Positions 16,669 through 25,013 of a DNA stretch of 45,591 nucleotides are shown piece by piece. Origin of the DNA: an uncultured Candidatus Saccharibacteria bacterium (GTDB lineage Bacteria; Patescibacteriota; Minisyncoccia; Sungbacterales; SURF-37); the NCBI GenBank assembly GCA_964505815.1, contig CAZDKA010000002.1, positions 1-45,591 of the forward strand. Reading direction: 5' to 3'. The position numbers and the translations under genes are program-made. The first letter of the stretch is position 1. Each line of letters starts with the position of its first letter. A model generated the notes under the pieces. The model was not told where the DNA came from and searched no databases. It saw nothing but the letters and a program-made list of their open reading frames with translations.

Positions 16669-17391
16669 ATGCCAAAAGTGCCGAATGCATGCTTATGGCA
16701 GAGAAAACATCTGCGGCAGGCCATGAAGGGCTGGTTGCGTAGTATTTTTTGGGTAGGCCATATTAACCCGATGCCGATTTTCATTGATCCGCTGAATACC
16801 TACGTTAATACCGCAGTTGAAATCGGACAAGAAACAGTTATAGAACCAAACGTCTGGATCATGGGCAAAACAAAAATCGGAAAAAACTGCCGGATTAAGT
16901 TCGGCTCGGTCATTGTTGATTCAATTCTTGAAGACAACGTCCTGGTTGACGGCGGGCGGATTGAGAAAAGCGTTATCGGCCATCATGCCGAAATCGGCTA
17001 CACCGCGCAGTTGAAACGCGTGCGCCGTTTCGGCGCCCACTCAAAAATGCTCCATCACGGCTACCTCGGGGATGCCGTCGTCGGTGACCGGGTCAATATC
17101 GGCGCCGGAGTAATTACCGCAAACTATGACGGTGCGAATAAAAACCAAACAATCATAGAAGATGACGCGTTCATCGGCACCAACGTCTGTCTGGTAGCGC
17201 CCATCAAAATTCTCAAGGGAATGATGATTGCCGCGGGTTCAACAGTAACGGCAAAAGACCCTATGGAGCCGTGGAAACTTCTTATCGCGCGTTCATCCGC
17301 GCATCTTTCGCGCTCAAAACGCGTAGTGAAAAACGAAGAGGGCTGGCGCCTTGCAGAATTTAACCCTGACGCGGAGGTGTATAAACAATGA
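16669..17391 (+). CDS. Left-handed beta-helix acetyltransferase resembling only the C-terminal half of GlmU
   Basis: AAGGAGAAGGAA then ATG at 16669. Hexapeptide repeats and VNIGAGVITANYDGANKNQTIIEDDAFIGTN as in the GlmU acetyltransferase domain. No nucleotidyltransferase domain. Confidence 0.65.
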   Translation: MPKVPNACLWQRKHLRQAMKGWLRSIFWVGHINPMPIFIDPLNTYVNTAVEIGQETVIEPNVWIMGKTKIGKNCRIKFGSVIVDSILEDNVLVDGGRIEKSVIGHHAEIGYTAQLKRVRRFGAHSKMLHHGYLGDAVVGDRVNIGAGVITANYDGANKNQTIIEDDAFIGTNVCLVAPIKILKGMMIAAGSTVTAKDPMEPWKLLIARSSAHLSRSKRVVKNEEGWRLAEFNPDAEVYKQ

Positions 17392-17591
17392 GAAGGTTTA
17401 TTCGTGCACTGCTCACTGGAATTATTTGCGGAGCATACTGGGCGTGGCTCTTGTTGATCGGCCTCTCGTTTGTACGCATTTTCGTCCCGCCGCTTCGCGA
17501 GTCGACCTCTTTTTACAGCATACTCATTATTTTGTCGGTCTTAGTTTTTTGGCGAATCTTTCAAGTCCAAATCAAAAAGCCCTCCTCGTGA
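17388..17591 (+). CDS. Small membrane protein
   Basis: ATGA overlap with the preceding stop. Two hydrophobic helices. Followed by a terminator hairpin at about 17574-17604. Confidence 0.45.
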   Translation: MRRFIRALLTGIICGAYWAWLLLIGLSFVRIFVPPLRESTSFYSILIILSVLVFWRIFQVQIKKPSS

Positions 17592-17599
17592 GGGACTTT

Positions 17600-17845
17600 T
17601 TATTTTTGCTCCTCTTCTGACGAAGGCGGCATAGCGCGATACGCAGCAGCGATTGCGCTCGGCAGACCGGGGCAGGCCGAGGCCGCGCCTCCGCTTGTGC
17701 AGAGGCGAACGAAATTGTCAAACGGCCATGTGCCTTCTTCGCCGATGCCGATGTACCAATCACCATTCCCGCCAGCAAAGATAATCAATTCATTGCGATG
17801 CTTTTCGTCACGATCATCCGTAAGGTAACGCCGAACTGCTGTCAT
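17600..17845 (-). CDS. Hypothetical 81-aa protein
   Basis: GGAGGCGAAAA before the ATG at 17845. No recognisable motif. Confidence 0.45.
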   Translation of the reverse strand: MTAVRRYLTDDRDEKHRNELIIFAGGNGDWYIGIGEEGTWPFDNFVRLCTSGGAASACPGLPSAIAAAYRAMPPSSEEEQK

Positions 17846-17880
17846 TTTTCGCCTCCAAAAGAGCTTTTAATAACAGGAGT

Positions 17881-19722
17881 CTACTCCACAGTTACCGATT
17901 TTGCAAGATTACGGGGTTTATCTACGTCGTGACCACGAAGTACTCCAAAGTGATACGCGAAAAGCTGGAGCGGCACCACTGATAAAAGCGGAGTCAGCAT
18001 CTCAAGGGTTTTGGGAATGTAAATAACGTCATCAGCCAGCTCGCGGATCCGCTCGTCGCCTTCGGTGGCAACAGCAATGACCGGGCCCTTACGCGCCCGC
18101 ACTTCTTCGATATTGGAGACCATTTTTTCATACACCGAATCCTGCGGCGCAATAAATACCGACGGAAAATTTTCATCAATCATGGCAATCGGGCCGTGCT
18201 TCATCTCGCCCGCGCCGCATCCTTCAGCATGGACATAAGAAATTTCTTTCAATTTCAGCGCTCCCTCAAGGGCAACGGGCAGATTATATTTCCGGCCGAG
18301 ATACAGAAAGTTTTCATATTTTTGATATTTTTGAGCAAGCTGTTTTATTTGGTCGTTTTGCGCGAGGATTTTTTTCATAAGCGAGGGAACTTTCTTAAGC
18401 TCCTCGGCAATGCGCTCACCCATAACCAAGGACATCTCGCGCTGACGGCCAAGAAGCAGGGTGAGCAGAGTTAAAATAGCAACCTGGCTGGTAAAGGCCT
18501 TGGTGGAGGCAACACCGATTTCCGGGCCAATGTGCTGATACACTCCGGCATCGGTATCGCGGGCAATGGTTGAGCCAACGACATTGACGATGCCGAGGGT
18601 CAGCACTCCTTTTTCTTTGGCTTCACGAAGGGAGGCGAGGGTATCTGCGGTCTCCCCCGATTGCGAAATAGAGAGCACCACGTCGCCTTCGCGAAAAACC
18701 GGCTTCCTGTAGCGGAACTCCGAGGCAAGATCCACTTCCGTTGGGATGCCTGCATATTCCTCAAGCATGTATTCACCAACACGACCGGCAAGATATGCAG
18801 TGCCGCAAGCCGAAATCAAAACGCGCTTTGCGCTCTTGAGTTTTTCCAAAACTTCGGCGAGGCCGCCGATTTTGGCTAGTCCCCCTTCGGGGATGAGACG
18901 CCCCCGAATTGAATTCTCTATAGCTTCCGGCCCCTCCAAAATTTCCTTCAGCATGAAATGGGGATGGCCGCTTTTTTGAACAAGCTCCGCTGTCCACTCT
19001 ATTTCGTGAAGTTCCTTTTCGCGAATATTGCGGCCGAGGTCATACACCCGGTGCGAGTCAGAAGTAAGCACGGCCATTTCGCCATCATCAAGGTAGATGA
19101 CGTTTTTTGTATACTTAAGTAGCGGCGAGGCGTCCGAGGCAATAAAATATTCGCCGTTGCCCACGCCAAGGAGCAGCGGACTGAAATTTCGCGCCGCCAC
19201 CAATTTATGCGGCTCCCGAGAGTCGATCACCGCGAGACCGTAGGTGCCGCTGACCGACAACAATGCCAGCCGCGTTGCTTCTTCAATATCTAGTTCGGGA
19301 CTCTTCTTTTTAAACTCTTCAATTAAGTGGGCAAGCGTTTCGGTGTCGGTTTCGGAACGAAACGTGTGTCCGAGTTTCTCAAGGTCTTCTTTCAGTTGTT
19401 TATAGTTCTCAATGATGCCGTTATGCACGAGCCAGATATTCCCGGAGCAATCCGAATGAGGATGAGCATTCGTCTCGGTAACACCCCCGTGCGTTGCCCA
19501 GCGACTGTGGATAATGCCGGCCGTACCTGCAAATTCTTTGCCGCTTATTTTTTCTTCCAGCGCCGCAACCCTTCCAACCGCCTTTTCGCTTTTCACGTTG
19601 CCGTTTTTCGTCAGTACAGCAAATCCCGCCGAGTCATATCCTCGGTACTCTAAGTTTTTTATGCCATCCATTAGGATTGGCAAGGCCTTTTGTCTTCCGA
19701 TGTATCCTACAATGCCGCACAT
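17881..19722 (-). CDS. glmS: Glutamine--fructose-6-phosphate aminotransferase
   Basis: N-terminal MCGIVGYIG, two SIS-type regions, C-terminal NLAKSVTVE. Confidence 0.95.
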   Translation of the reverse strand: MCGIVGYIGRQKALPILMDGIKNLEYRGYDSAGFAVLTKNGNVKSEKAVGRVAALEEKISGKEFAGTAGIIHSRWATHGGVTETNAHPHSDCSGNIWLVHNGIIENYKQLKEDLEKLGHTFRSETDTETLAHLIEEFKKKSPELDIEEATRLALLSVSGTYGLAVIDSREPHKLVAARNFSPLLLGVGNGEYFIASDASPLLKYTKNVIYLDDGEMAVLTSDSHRVYDLGRNIREKELHEIEWTAELVQKSGHPHFMLKEILEGPEAIENSIRGRLIPEGGLAKIGGLAEVLEKLKSAKRVLISACGTAYLAGRVGEYMLEEYAGIPTEVDLASEFRYRKPVFREGDVVLSISQSGETADTLASLREAKEKGVLTLGIVNVVGSTIARDTDAGVYQHIGPEIGVASTKAFTSQVAILTLLTLLLGRQREMSLVMGERIAEELKKVPSLMKKILAQNDQIKQLAQKYQKYENFLYLGRKYNLPVALEGALKLKEISYVHAEGCGAGEMKHGPIAMIDENFPSVFIAPQDSVYEKMVSNIEEVRARKGPVIAVATEGDERIRELADDVIYIPKTLEMLTPLLSVVPLQLFAYHFGVLRGHDVDKPRNLAKSVTVE

Positions 19723-19785
19723 ACAAATTTTGCCCGCGAGAGCAAGTTACTTTGCAACGCAGCCCGAGCGGCTGCAAAATTTAGT

Positions 19786-19934
19786 ATCCCGCCCCAGTTT
19801 TACCATACCATGCTAATTTACGATGACAGTTGGAAAAAGTTTATTAACATTTTGCGACGCGCGTGTGCGAATAGCACAACCCTTATTGGGCGCAGCGCGT
19901 CGCTTAGGTGTCCTTTGTAAAACTGGGGCGGGAT
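19786..19934. repeat. Family D structured element, copy 1 (149 nt; candidate ncRNA or non-autonomous element)
   Basis: Perfect 18-bp outer inverted repeat ATCCCGCCCCAGTTTTAC (19786-19803) / GTAAAACTGGGGCGGGAT (19917-19934). Then a 50-nt variable part, the 50-nt core at 19854-19903 and a 13-nt tail. Confidence 0.85.
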
Positions 19935-19980
19935 GCCTTCCTTTGAAAGATTACGCAAAATTAGTGCGGGGTGCATCTTT

Positions 19981-20718
19981 TTAGTAATACTCAGGTCCAG
20001 TATTTGTAAGTTTTCCTTGCATCGGAATCACCCTGATAAGAATGTGGCTGGGAAATTTATAGCGCTCTCGAAGATAGTTATCTCGCATCTTATTTTTCGG
20101 AGCACGCGGTTCAATGATGCGCTCGATACAAAATCCGGCCTTGTGTAGAAACGTAGATAAATCGCCGAGCGTCCAATGATAGTCCCGCACGGAAATATAT
20201 CGTCCGTTGCCTAGTTTTAACTTAAATCGAATCACTGCTCCGCTTTTGAAGTAAAAGTAGTTTCGCGGAACCATCATATGCATAAACGGGAAGTCCGCAA
20301 CACTCGGATGTATCTCGCTCAGCACAAGAACGCCACCTCTCCTCAATAATGCCCGCGCATGCCGTAAAATGCGGACTATTTTTCTGGGGTAGCGAGTATC
20401 GGCGAGCAAATGGTCAATAAATACAATATCGAACTTTTTCCGCGAGCGAAACGTTGCTGCATCATGTTCAATATATATAATCCCTCGGCTATTGTGTTCT
20501 CGCGCAAGCTCAATTTGCCTACGCGATATATCTACACCAACACACCTTGCTCTGTGGTCACGGAATATCCGCGTCCAGTAACCACTGCCGCACCCAAACT
20601 CAATCAAATGTTTTCCTTTTAACGGGCTAAGCAATTTTAACAGCGGCCTTTTCAATACAAATTTACGGCTCAGTGATGGCGTCAAAAATGCTTTTACTAA
20701 GTTGCTTCTCCACATCAA
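19981..20718 (-). CDS. Class I SAM-dependent methyltransferase
   Basis: Motif I LIEFGCGSGYW and post-I acidic residue pattern. Confidence 0.75.
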   Translation of the reverse strand: MMWRSNLVKAFLTPSLSRKFVLKRPLLKLLSPLKGKHLIEFGCGSGYWTRIFRDHRARCVGVDISRRQIELAREHNSRGIIYIEHDAATFRSRKKFDIVFIDHLLADTRYPRKIVRILRHARALLRRGGVLVLSEIHPSVADFPFMHMMVPRNYFYFKSGAVIRFKLKLGNGRYISVRDYHWTLGDLSTFLHKAGFCIERIIEPRAPKNKMRDNYLRERYKFPSHILIRVIPMQGKLTNTGPEYY

Positions 20719-20782
20719 CTCTAACCTAATGCATCTCCATTGCTATGGCAAATAAAAAATTTAAAACCCGACATCGGTCGGG

Positions 20783-21286
20783 TTACTTCAGGGCTTCCTT
20801 TTTTCGCATGAGCGCCGAAAACCATCCTTCGGCCACTTTCTCGTAGTGCTGATTCAGGGTATAAAACTCAAACTTTACAATTCCTTTATCGGGGCGGCTC
20901 TTGCTCTCTCGCGTCTCGGCTACCGAAAGAAAGTGTTTAACCCGATCCCCGGGAAAAACCGGCAGAAGAAATTTCGCGTATTTTTCGCAAAGCGCTTCAA
21001 GGGACCTCTCCCAAAAATTCACGTGGTGGAGCGCGCCAAAAAGCGAATTCATAACGAGCTCGCCATGAGCAACGCGTCCGCCCAGCGCCGTTTGCTTCGC
21101 AAAGGCCTCATTAAAATGCAGGGCATTCTTGTCGCCGGTGGCGAGACCGAAATAAATAATGTCATGATTGGCAATTACGGCCCATGGCAGCGAATTAAAG
21201 CGCATACTAATCTGGAAGTCATCAAAATAGAGCGGCCGCTCTTCAAAAACTTCGCGATTGCTGCCTGCTTCCCACTCAAACTTCAT
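20783..21286 (-). CDS. MaoC-like (R)-hydratase/hotdog-fold protein
   Basis: LATGDKNALHFNEAFAKQTALGGRVAHGELV matches the MaoC dehydratase motif. Terminator hairpin AACCCGAC-atcg-GTCGGGTT follows the stop. Confidence 0.75.
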   Translation of the reverse strand: MKFEWEAGSNREVFEERPLYFDDFQISMRFNSLPWAVIANHDIIYFGLATGDKNALHFNEAFAKQTALGGRVAHGELVMNSLFGALHHVNFWERSLEALCEKYAKFLLPVFPGDRVKHFLSVAETRESKSRPDKGIVKFEFYTLNQHYEKVAEGWFSALMRKKEALK

Positions 21287-21411
21287 GAGCCCGCACCATA
21301 ATCCTTAATCTGTTTCTCGCTGTTGTCGTCTTTGTCAAACAAATCCGAAAGAAGTGAATACAAAATAAACCCGGCGGCTACCCCAAGAAAAAACGCGGTC
21401 CCGCGCTTCAT
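21283..21411 (-). CDS. Unlisted 42-aa membrane peptide coupled to the MaoC-like gene
   Basis: Hand translation: MKRGTAFFLGVAAGFILYSLLSDLFDKDDNSEKQIKDYGAGS. AAAGGAGG lies 4 nt (CGCC) before the ATG at 21411. The TGA stop overlaps the ATG at 21286 (ATGA). Confidence 0.45.
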   Translation of the reverse strand: MKRGTAFFLGVAAGFILYSLLSDLFDKDDNSEKQIKDYGAGS

Positions 21412-21526
21412 GGCGCCTCCTTTTTGAAATGAACAAATGTGCCTTCAGCGTATAAAGATCTGTCTTTGCCGTCAACCACATAACTGCGGTTTTTGTTATG
21501 AGGTGGCTAGGCGGTGAGGGAATAAA

Positions 21527-21570
21527 CAAAATACGTTTTAGCAAGCGATAGCATGCTAAAACGTATTTTG
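21527..21570. repeat. Palindrome family C, copy 2 (17-bp stem, 10-nt loop)
   Basis: CAAAATACGTTTTAGCA (21527-21543) / TGCTAAAACGTATTTTG (21554-21570). Confidence 0.9.
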
Positions 21571-21599
21571 CAGAAAAGATACTATCCTGTTTTTATTGG

Positions 21600-21680
21600 T
21601 TGACAACTTTTTGGCTCGGCGTATGCTTAATGCGTTCCTTAAAATCAGTACCACTTCTCACATAAAGGAGGGTCATCATA
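21600..21680 (+). promoter_or_regulatory. Promoter plus conserved leader of the secreted-protein family (copy P1)
   Basis: TTGACA at 21600-21605. Leader TTCCTTAAAATCAGTACCACTTCTCACATAAAGGAGGG is almost identical to 27637-27715 and partly shared with 43440-43515. Confidence 0.55.
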
Positions 21681-22067
21681 ATGAAACGATTTTTGGTGGC
21701 TTTTGCGGCTATCCTTGCGGTTTCTTCAGTGGCTTTCGCCCAGATCCCGACGCTGCCGGATTATGAAAAAGAAGCAAAACTTATTGGAACCGCAAAGTGC
21801 GACAACGGCGAGACGACCGTAACCGCCTACCGTAAAAGCGAAGACTACTTCGACTACTTCATAGAAGTTACACAAACAAAATCCGGCAACATGTTCTACC
21901 TTATGGGCACGGGCACGGGGCCACACTACTTCATGAAAGCCGCTGGCCAGCCGCAGGCAGAAGAAATGGATGCACAGTCCTGGAGTAAAGCAATTCAAGC
22001 CGAAGGCAACAGCCCGAATTTCTTGGCTTGGAGTCTTCTCCAAACGAGTGACTGTAAGGTGCTGTAA
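21681..22067 (+). CDS. Small secreted protein, LPDY(Q/E)K family, paralog P1
   Basis: Signal peptide MKRFLVAFAAILAVSSVAFA, then QIPTLPDYEKE and two conserved Cys (CDNGETT ... SDC). Paralogous to 27716.., 28124.. and 43065... Confidence 0.65.
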   Translation: MKRFLVAFAAILAVSSVAFAQIPTLPDYEKEAKLIGTAKCDNGETTVTAYRKSEDYFDYFIEVTQTKSGNMFYLMGTGTGPHYFMKAAGQPQAEEMDAQSWSKAIQAEGNSPNFLAWSLLQTSDCKVL

Positions 22068-22170
22068 AGTCAAGCTAGTCCAACAAGAAGACTACCTCAC
22101 CAAACGGGGAAAACAATGCTCCCCTTTTTTTATTTTTCATTATTCATCCGCTTTAACGCAAAAAGTGTAA

Positions 22171-22206
22171 TTCCAAAGTAAATTGCTTAAGCAATTTACT
22201 TTGGAA
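22171..22206. repeat. Palindrome family A, copy 1 (36-bp perfect palindrome)
   Basis: TTCCAAAGTAAATTGCTT|AAGCAATTTACTTTGGAA, between convergent P1 and leuS. Confidence 0.9.
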
Positions 22207-22249
22207 CTTTTAACTTTTGCAAATACGCGCTGCGGCAAGCGCCTGCAGT

Positions 22250-24772
22250 TTACACTACAAAGTTGATGAGCTTGTTTTTAACGAAGATTACTTTTTGGGG
22301 AACGCCTGGAACATATTTTCTGACCACGGGATTCTCAAGCGCCATTTTCCGCGCCTCGTCTTCTGATGCGCCCGTTCCTGCTGTAAGTGTTGCCCGGACC
22401 CTGCCGTTGACTTGCACGACAAGCGGGAAGGTTTCCTCCATCAAGTAGCTACTTTCAAATTTCGGCCAGGGCGAGCGGTGAATGCTTGTTTTGTTGCCGA
22501 GAGAACTCCAAAGTTCTTCGCTGATGTATGGGGCAAACGGGGCGAGCAGCTTCAAAAATATTTCCGCATCGCCGCGCGTAACTCCACCTCGTCCGGAGGT
22601 AAGTTCGTTAAGAAGCACCATAAGAGCGGAGATTGCGGTATTATACCGCAATCCTTCAATATCCTCGGTGACTTTTTTGATGGTTTTGTGGATAAATCGG
22701 TCTAAAGACGAACGACCAACGCCAAAAGCTGCTTTTGTCTTTTGTCTTTTGTCTTTTGTCCGTTGATATAACTTCCATACTCGTTCCAAAAACCGGGTAA
22801 TGCCGCGGATGCCGGTATCTCTAAAATCGCCGCCCTGCTCAAACGGCCCCAAAAACATCAAATACATCCTAAGGGCATCTGCGCCATAGAGTTTAATGTA
22901 TTCGTCGGGGTTGACCACGTTGCCTCGGGACTTGGACATCTTTGCTCCATCCTTGATAAGCAAGCCGTGCGCGCGGAACTTTTTGAACGGCTCATCAAAT
23001 TTAGCAAGACCCCAGTCGTGAAAGGCCATAGTCAAGAAACGCGTGTAGAGAAGATGCAATACGGCATGCTCCGCTCCGCCGATATAGATATCAACCGGAA
23101 GCCACTTTCTTGCCCTGAGCCCATCGAAGAGTTGTTTTTTGTTGCGAACATCAATGTAACGGTAGTAATACCAAGCCGAATCAAGAAACGTATCCGAAAC
23201 GTCTGTCTCTCTCCGCGCAATTTTTCCGCAGTCCGGACATTTGACGCGGAAGAAGGACGGCGCCTCGGCAAGCGGCGACTGGCTCGTGCCGGTAGGCCTG
23301 AAATCTTTGATGAACGGCAGTTTCACCGGCAGATCTTTTTCGGAAACGGAGTACCATCCCGGCATGTCTTTCTTCTCGCCTCTTCCTTTTTGGGCGCACT
23401 CGTCGCAAAAAATCATTGGGATGGGCGGGCCCCAATAGCGTTGTCTAGAAATCAGCCAATCGCGGAGCCGATACTGCGTTTTAAATTTTGCTTTCAAGCT
23501 CTCGGCAACGAGACGCCGCGCCTCCTGCGAGCGCATCCCGTTTGCCCATCCGGAGTTCAGAAGCCGCCCCTCGGCAAGATACGGGGCTCGCAACACTCCA
23601 TGTGAGGCGCCGTCGTCGGATATGACTTCGCGGATCGGCAGATTGAATTTTTTGGCAAACTCAAAGTCGCGCTCGTCATGTCCCGGTACGGCAATAATCG
23701 CGCCCGTGCCTACTCCTCCCAAAACATAATCGGAAACCCATATGGGTATTACTTCGCTATTCGCGGGGTTTATGGCGTATGAGCCGAGAAACGCTCCGGT
23801 TTTGCTTTTTGTCGCGTCAGTCCTTTCTATTTCGTCTTTCTTGGCGGCTTCGCGGAGATAACTTTGAACCGCGTCTTTGCGCTCTTTGGTAATGAGCCCT
23901 GCTAACAGCGGGTGCTCGGGTGAGAGCACCATGTAGGTTGCCCCGAACAAGGTGTCGGCTCGGGTGGTAAACACTTCAATAAACGCTGATTCACGCGGAT
24001 CTATGCGCGGATTATCGCTGATTCTGGTTCTGCGTTGATCCGCGTTGTAATCTGCGTTTATCTGCGTAGCGATTGGGAATTTAATAAGGGCCCCATCGCT
24101 GCGGCCGAGCCAGTTTCTTTGGGCGATTTTTACATTTTCCGACCAGTCAATTTTTTCTAAATTATTCAGCAGCCGTTCGGCATACGCGGTGATTTTGAAG
24201 AACCATTGCTCAAGCTCGCGTTTAATCACCTTTGTCTCGCATCTCTCACACTCGCCGGCCAGCACCTGTTCATCGGCAAGAACAGTTAGACACGACGGAC
24301 ACCAGTTAACCGCGGCTTTTTTGCGATAGGCCAGACCGCGCTTGAACATCTCGACGAAAATCCACTGGGTCCATTTGTAATAATCCGGGCGATAGGTCGC
24401 GAGGCGCTCTTTCCAGGCAAAACCGTTGCCGATCATTTGAAGCTGGTCGTAGAAGCGCTTCTCGGAAACTTCGGCCTGCTTCATGGGATGGACGCCGACT
24501 TTCAGGGCGTAGTTTTCGGAATGGATGCCAAAGCCGTCAAGGCCGATCGGTTCAAAAACATCATAACCCTGCATGCGTTTTGCTCGGCCGTAAATATCGG
24601 CGCCGACAAAAGCATACATGTTGCCGACGTGCAGGCCTTCGGCCGAGGGGTAAGGAAACATCATCAGATTATAGAATGGTTTTTTGGCCCGCTTAAAATC
24701 GGGCTCGTAAGTTCCCCTGGCCAGCCACCTTTTCTGCCATTTCTCCTCAATCTGTTTCGGCTGATAACGCAT
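22250..24772 (-). CDS. leuS: Leucyl-tRNA synthetase
   Basis: Start taken at MRYQPKQIEEKWQKRW. HIGH-like PYPSAEGLHVGN, VFTTRADTLFGATY, KMSKSRGNVV. Confidence 0.95.
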   Translation of the reverse strand: MRYQPKQIEEKWQKRWLARGTYEPDFKRAKKPFYNLMMFPYPSAEGLHVGNMYAFVGADIYGRAKRMQGYDVFEPIGLDGFGIHSENYALKVGVHPMKQAEVSEKRFYDQLQMIGNGFAWKERLATYRPDYYKWTQWIFVEMFKRGLAYRKKAAVNWCPSCLTVLADEQVLAGECERCETKVIKRELEQWFFKITAYAERLLNNLEKIDWSENVKIAQRNWLGRSDGALIKFPIATQINADYNADQRRTRISDNPRIDPRESAFIEVFTTRADTLFGATYMVLSPEHPLLAGLITKERKDAVQSYLREAAKKDEIERTDATKSKTGAFLGSYAINPANSEVIPIWVSDYVLGGVGTGAIIAVPGHDERDFEFAKKFNLPIREVISDDGASHGVLRAPYLAEGRLLNSGWANGMRSQEARRLVAESLKAKFKTQYRLRDWLISRQRYWGPPIPMIFCDECAQKGRGEKKDMPGWYSVSEKDLPVKLPFIKDFRPTGTSQSPLAEAPSFFRVKCPDCGKIARRETDVSDTFLDSAWYYYRYIDVRNKKQLFDGLRARKWLPVDIYIGGAEHAVLHLLYTRFLTMAFHDWGLAKFDEPFKKFRAHGLLIKDGAKMSKSRGNVVNPDEYIKLYGADALRMYLMFLGPFEQGGDFRDTGIRGITRFLERVWKLYQRTKDKRQKTKAAFGVGRSSLDRFIHKTIKKVTEDIEGLRYNTAISALMVLLNELTSGRGGVTRGDAEIFLKLLAPFAPYISEELWSSLGNKTSIHRSPWPKFESSYLMEETFPLVVQVNGRVRATLTAGTGASEDEARKMALENPVVRKYVPGVPQKVIFVKNKLINFVV

Positions 24773-24811
24773 AATGCTTATCATTATACGCATCGCGTAA
24801 GCGTAAATTCA

Positions 24812-24944
24812 ACCCCGTTAGAAGTCAGTGTTTCCGGCAATAAAGCTTCCTACCAATAAAACTTCTCTGGCTGTTTTTGTCCCCCCGACTCAGTGCATAA
24901 AAATTTCGCTGCGAAATTTTTATGCACTGGACTTCTAGCGGGGT
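24812..24944. repeat. Family E hairpin element, copy 1 (nested hairpins, 133 nt)
   Basis: Outer stem ACCCCGTTAGAAGTC (24812-24826) / GACTTCTAGCGGGGT (24930-24944) with one T-G pair. It encloses a perfect 19-bp hairpin CAGTGCATAAAAATTTCGC / GCGAAATTTTTATGCACTG (24891-24929). Confidence 0.85.
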
Positions 24945-25013
24945 CAAGAATTGACTCGCTGACTTTATGATGTTATTAAGAAGAAAGAATGCTCTTTCAG
25001 AAGGAGGGCCGGC

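Noticed and set aside
19723-19980. Possible glmS ribozyme in the glmS leader
   Set aside because: I could not find the conserved glmS ribozyme core segments on the minus strand. The leader is instead occupied by family D copy 1. A cmsearch against Rfam would be decisive.
24773-25013. T-box or other known leader upstream of leuS
   Set aside because: No T-box sequence or specifier-loop layout is visible. The hairpins belong to repeat family E. The same negative result holds for the metG, ileS and glyQS leaders.
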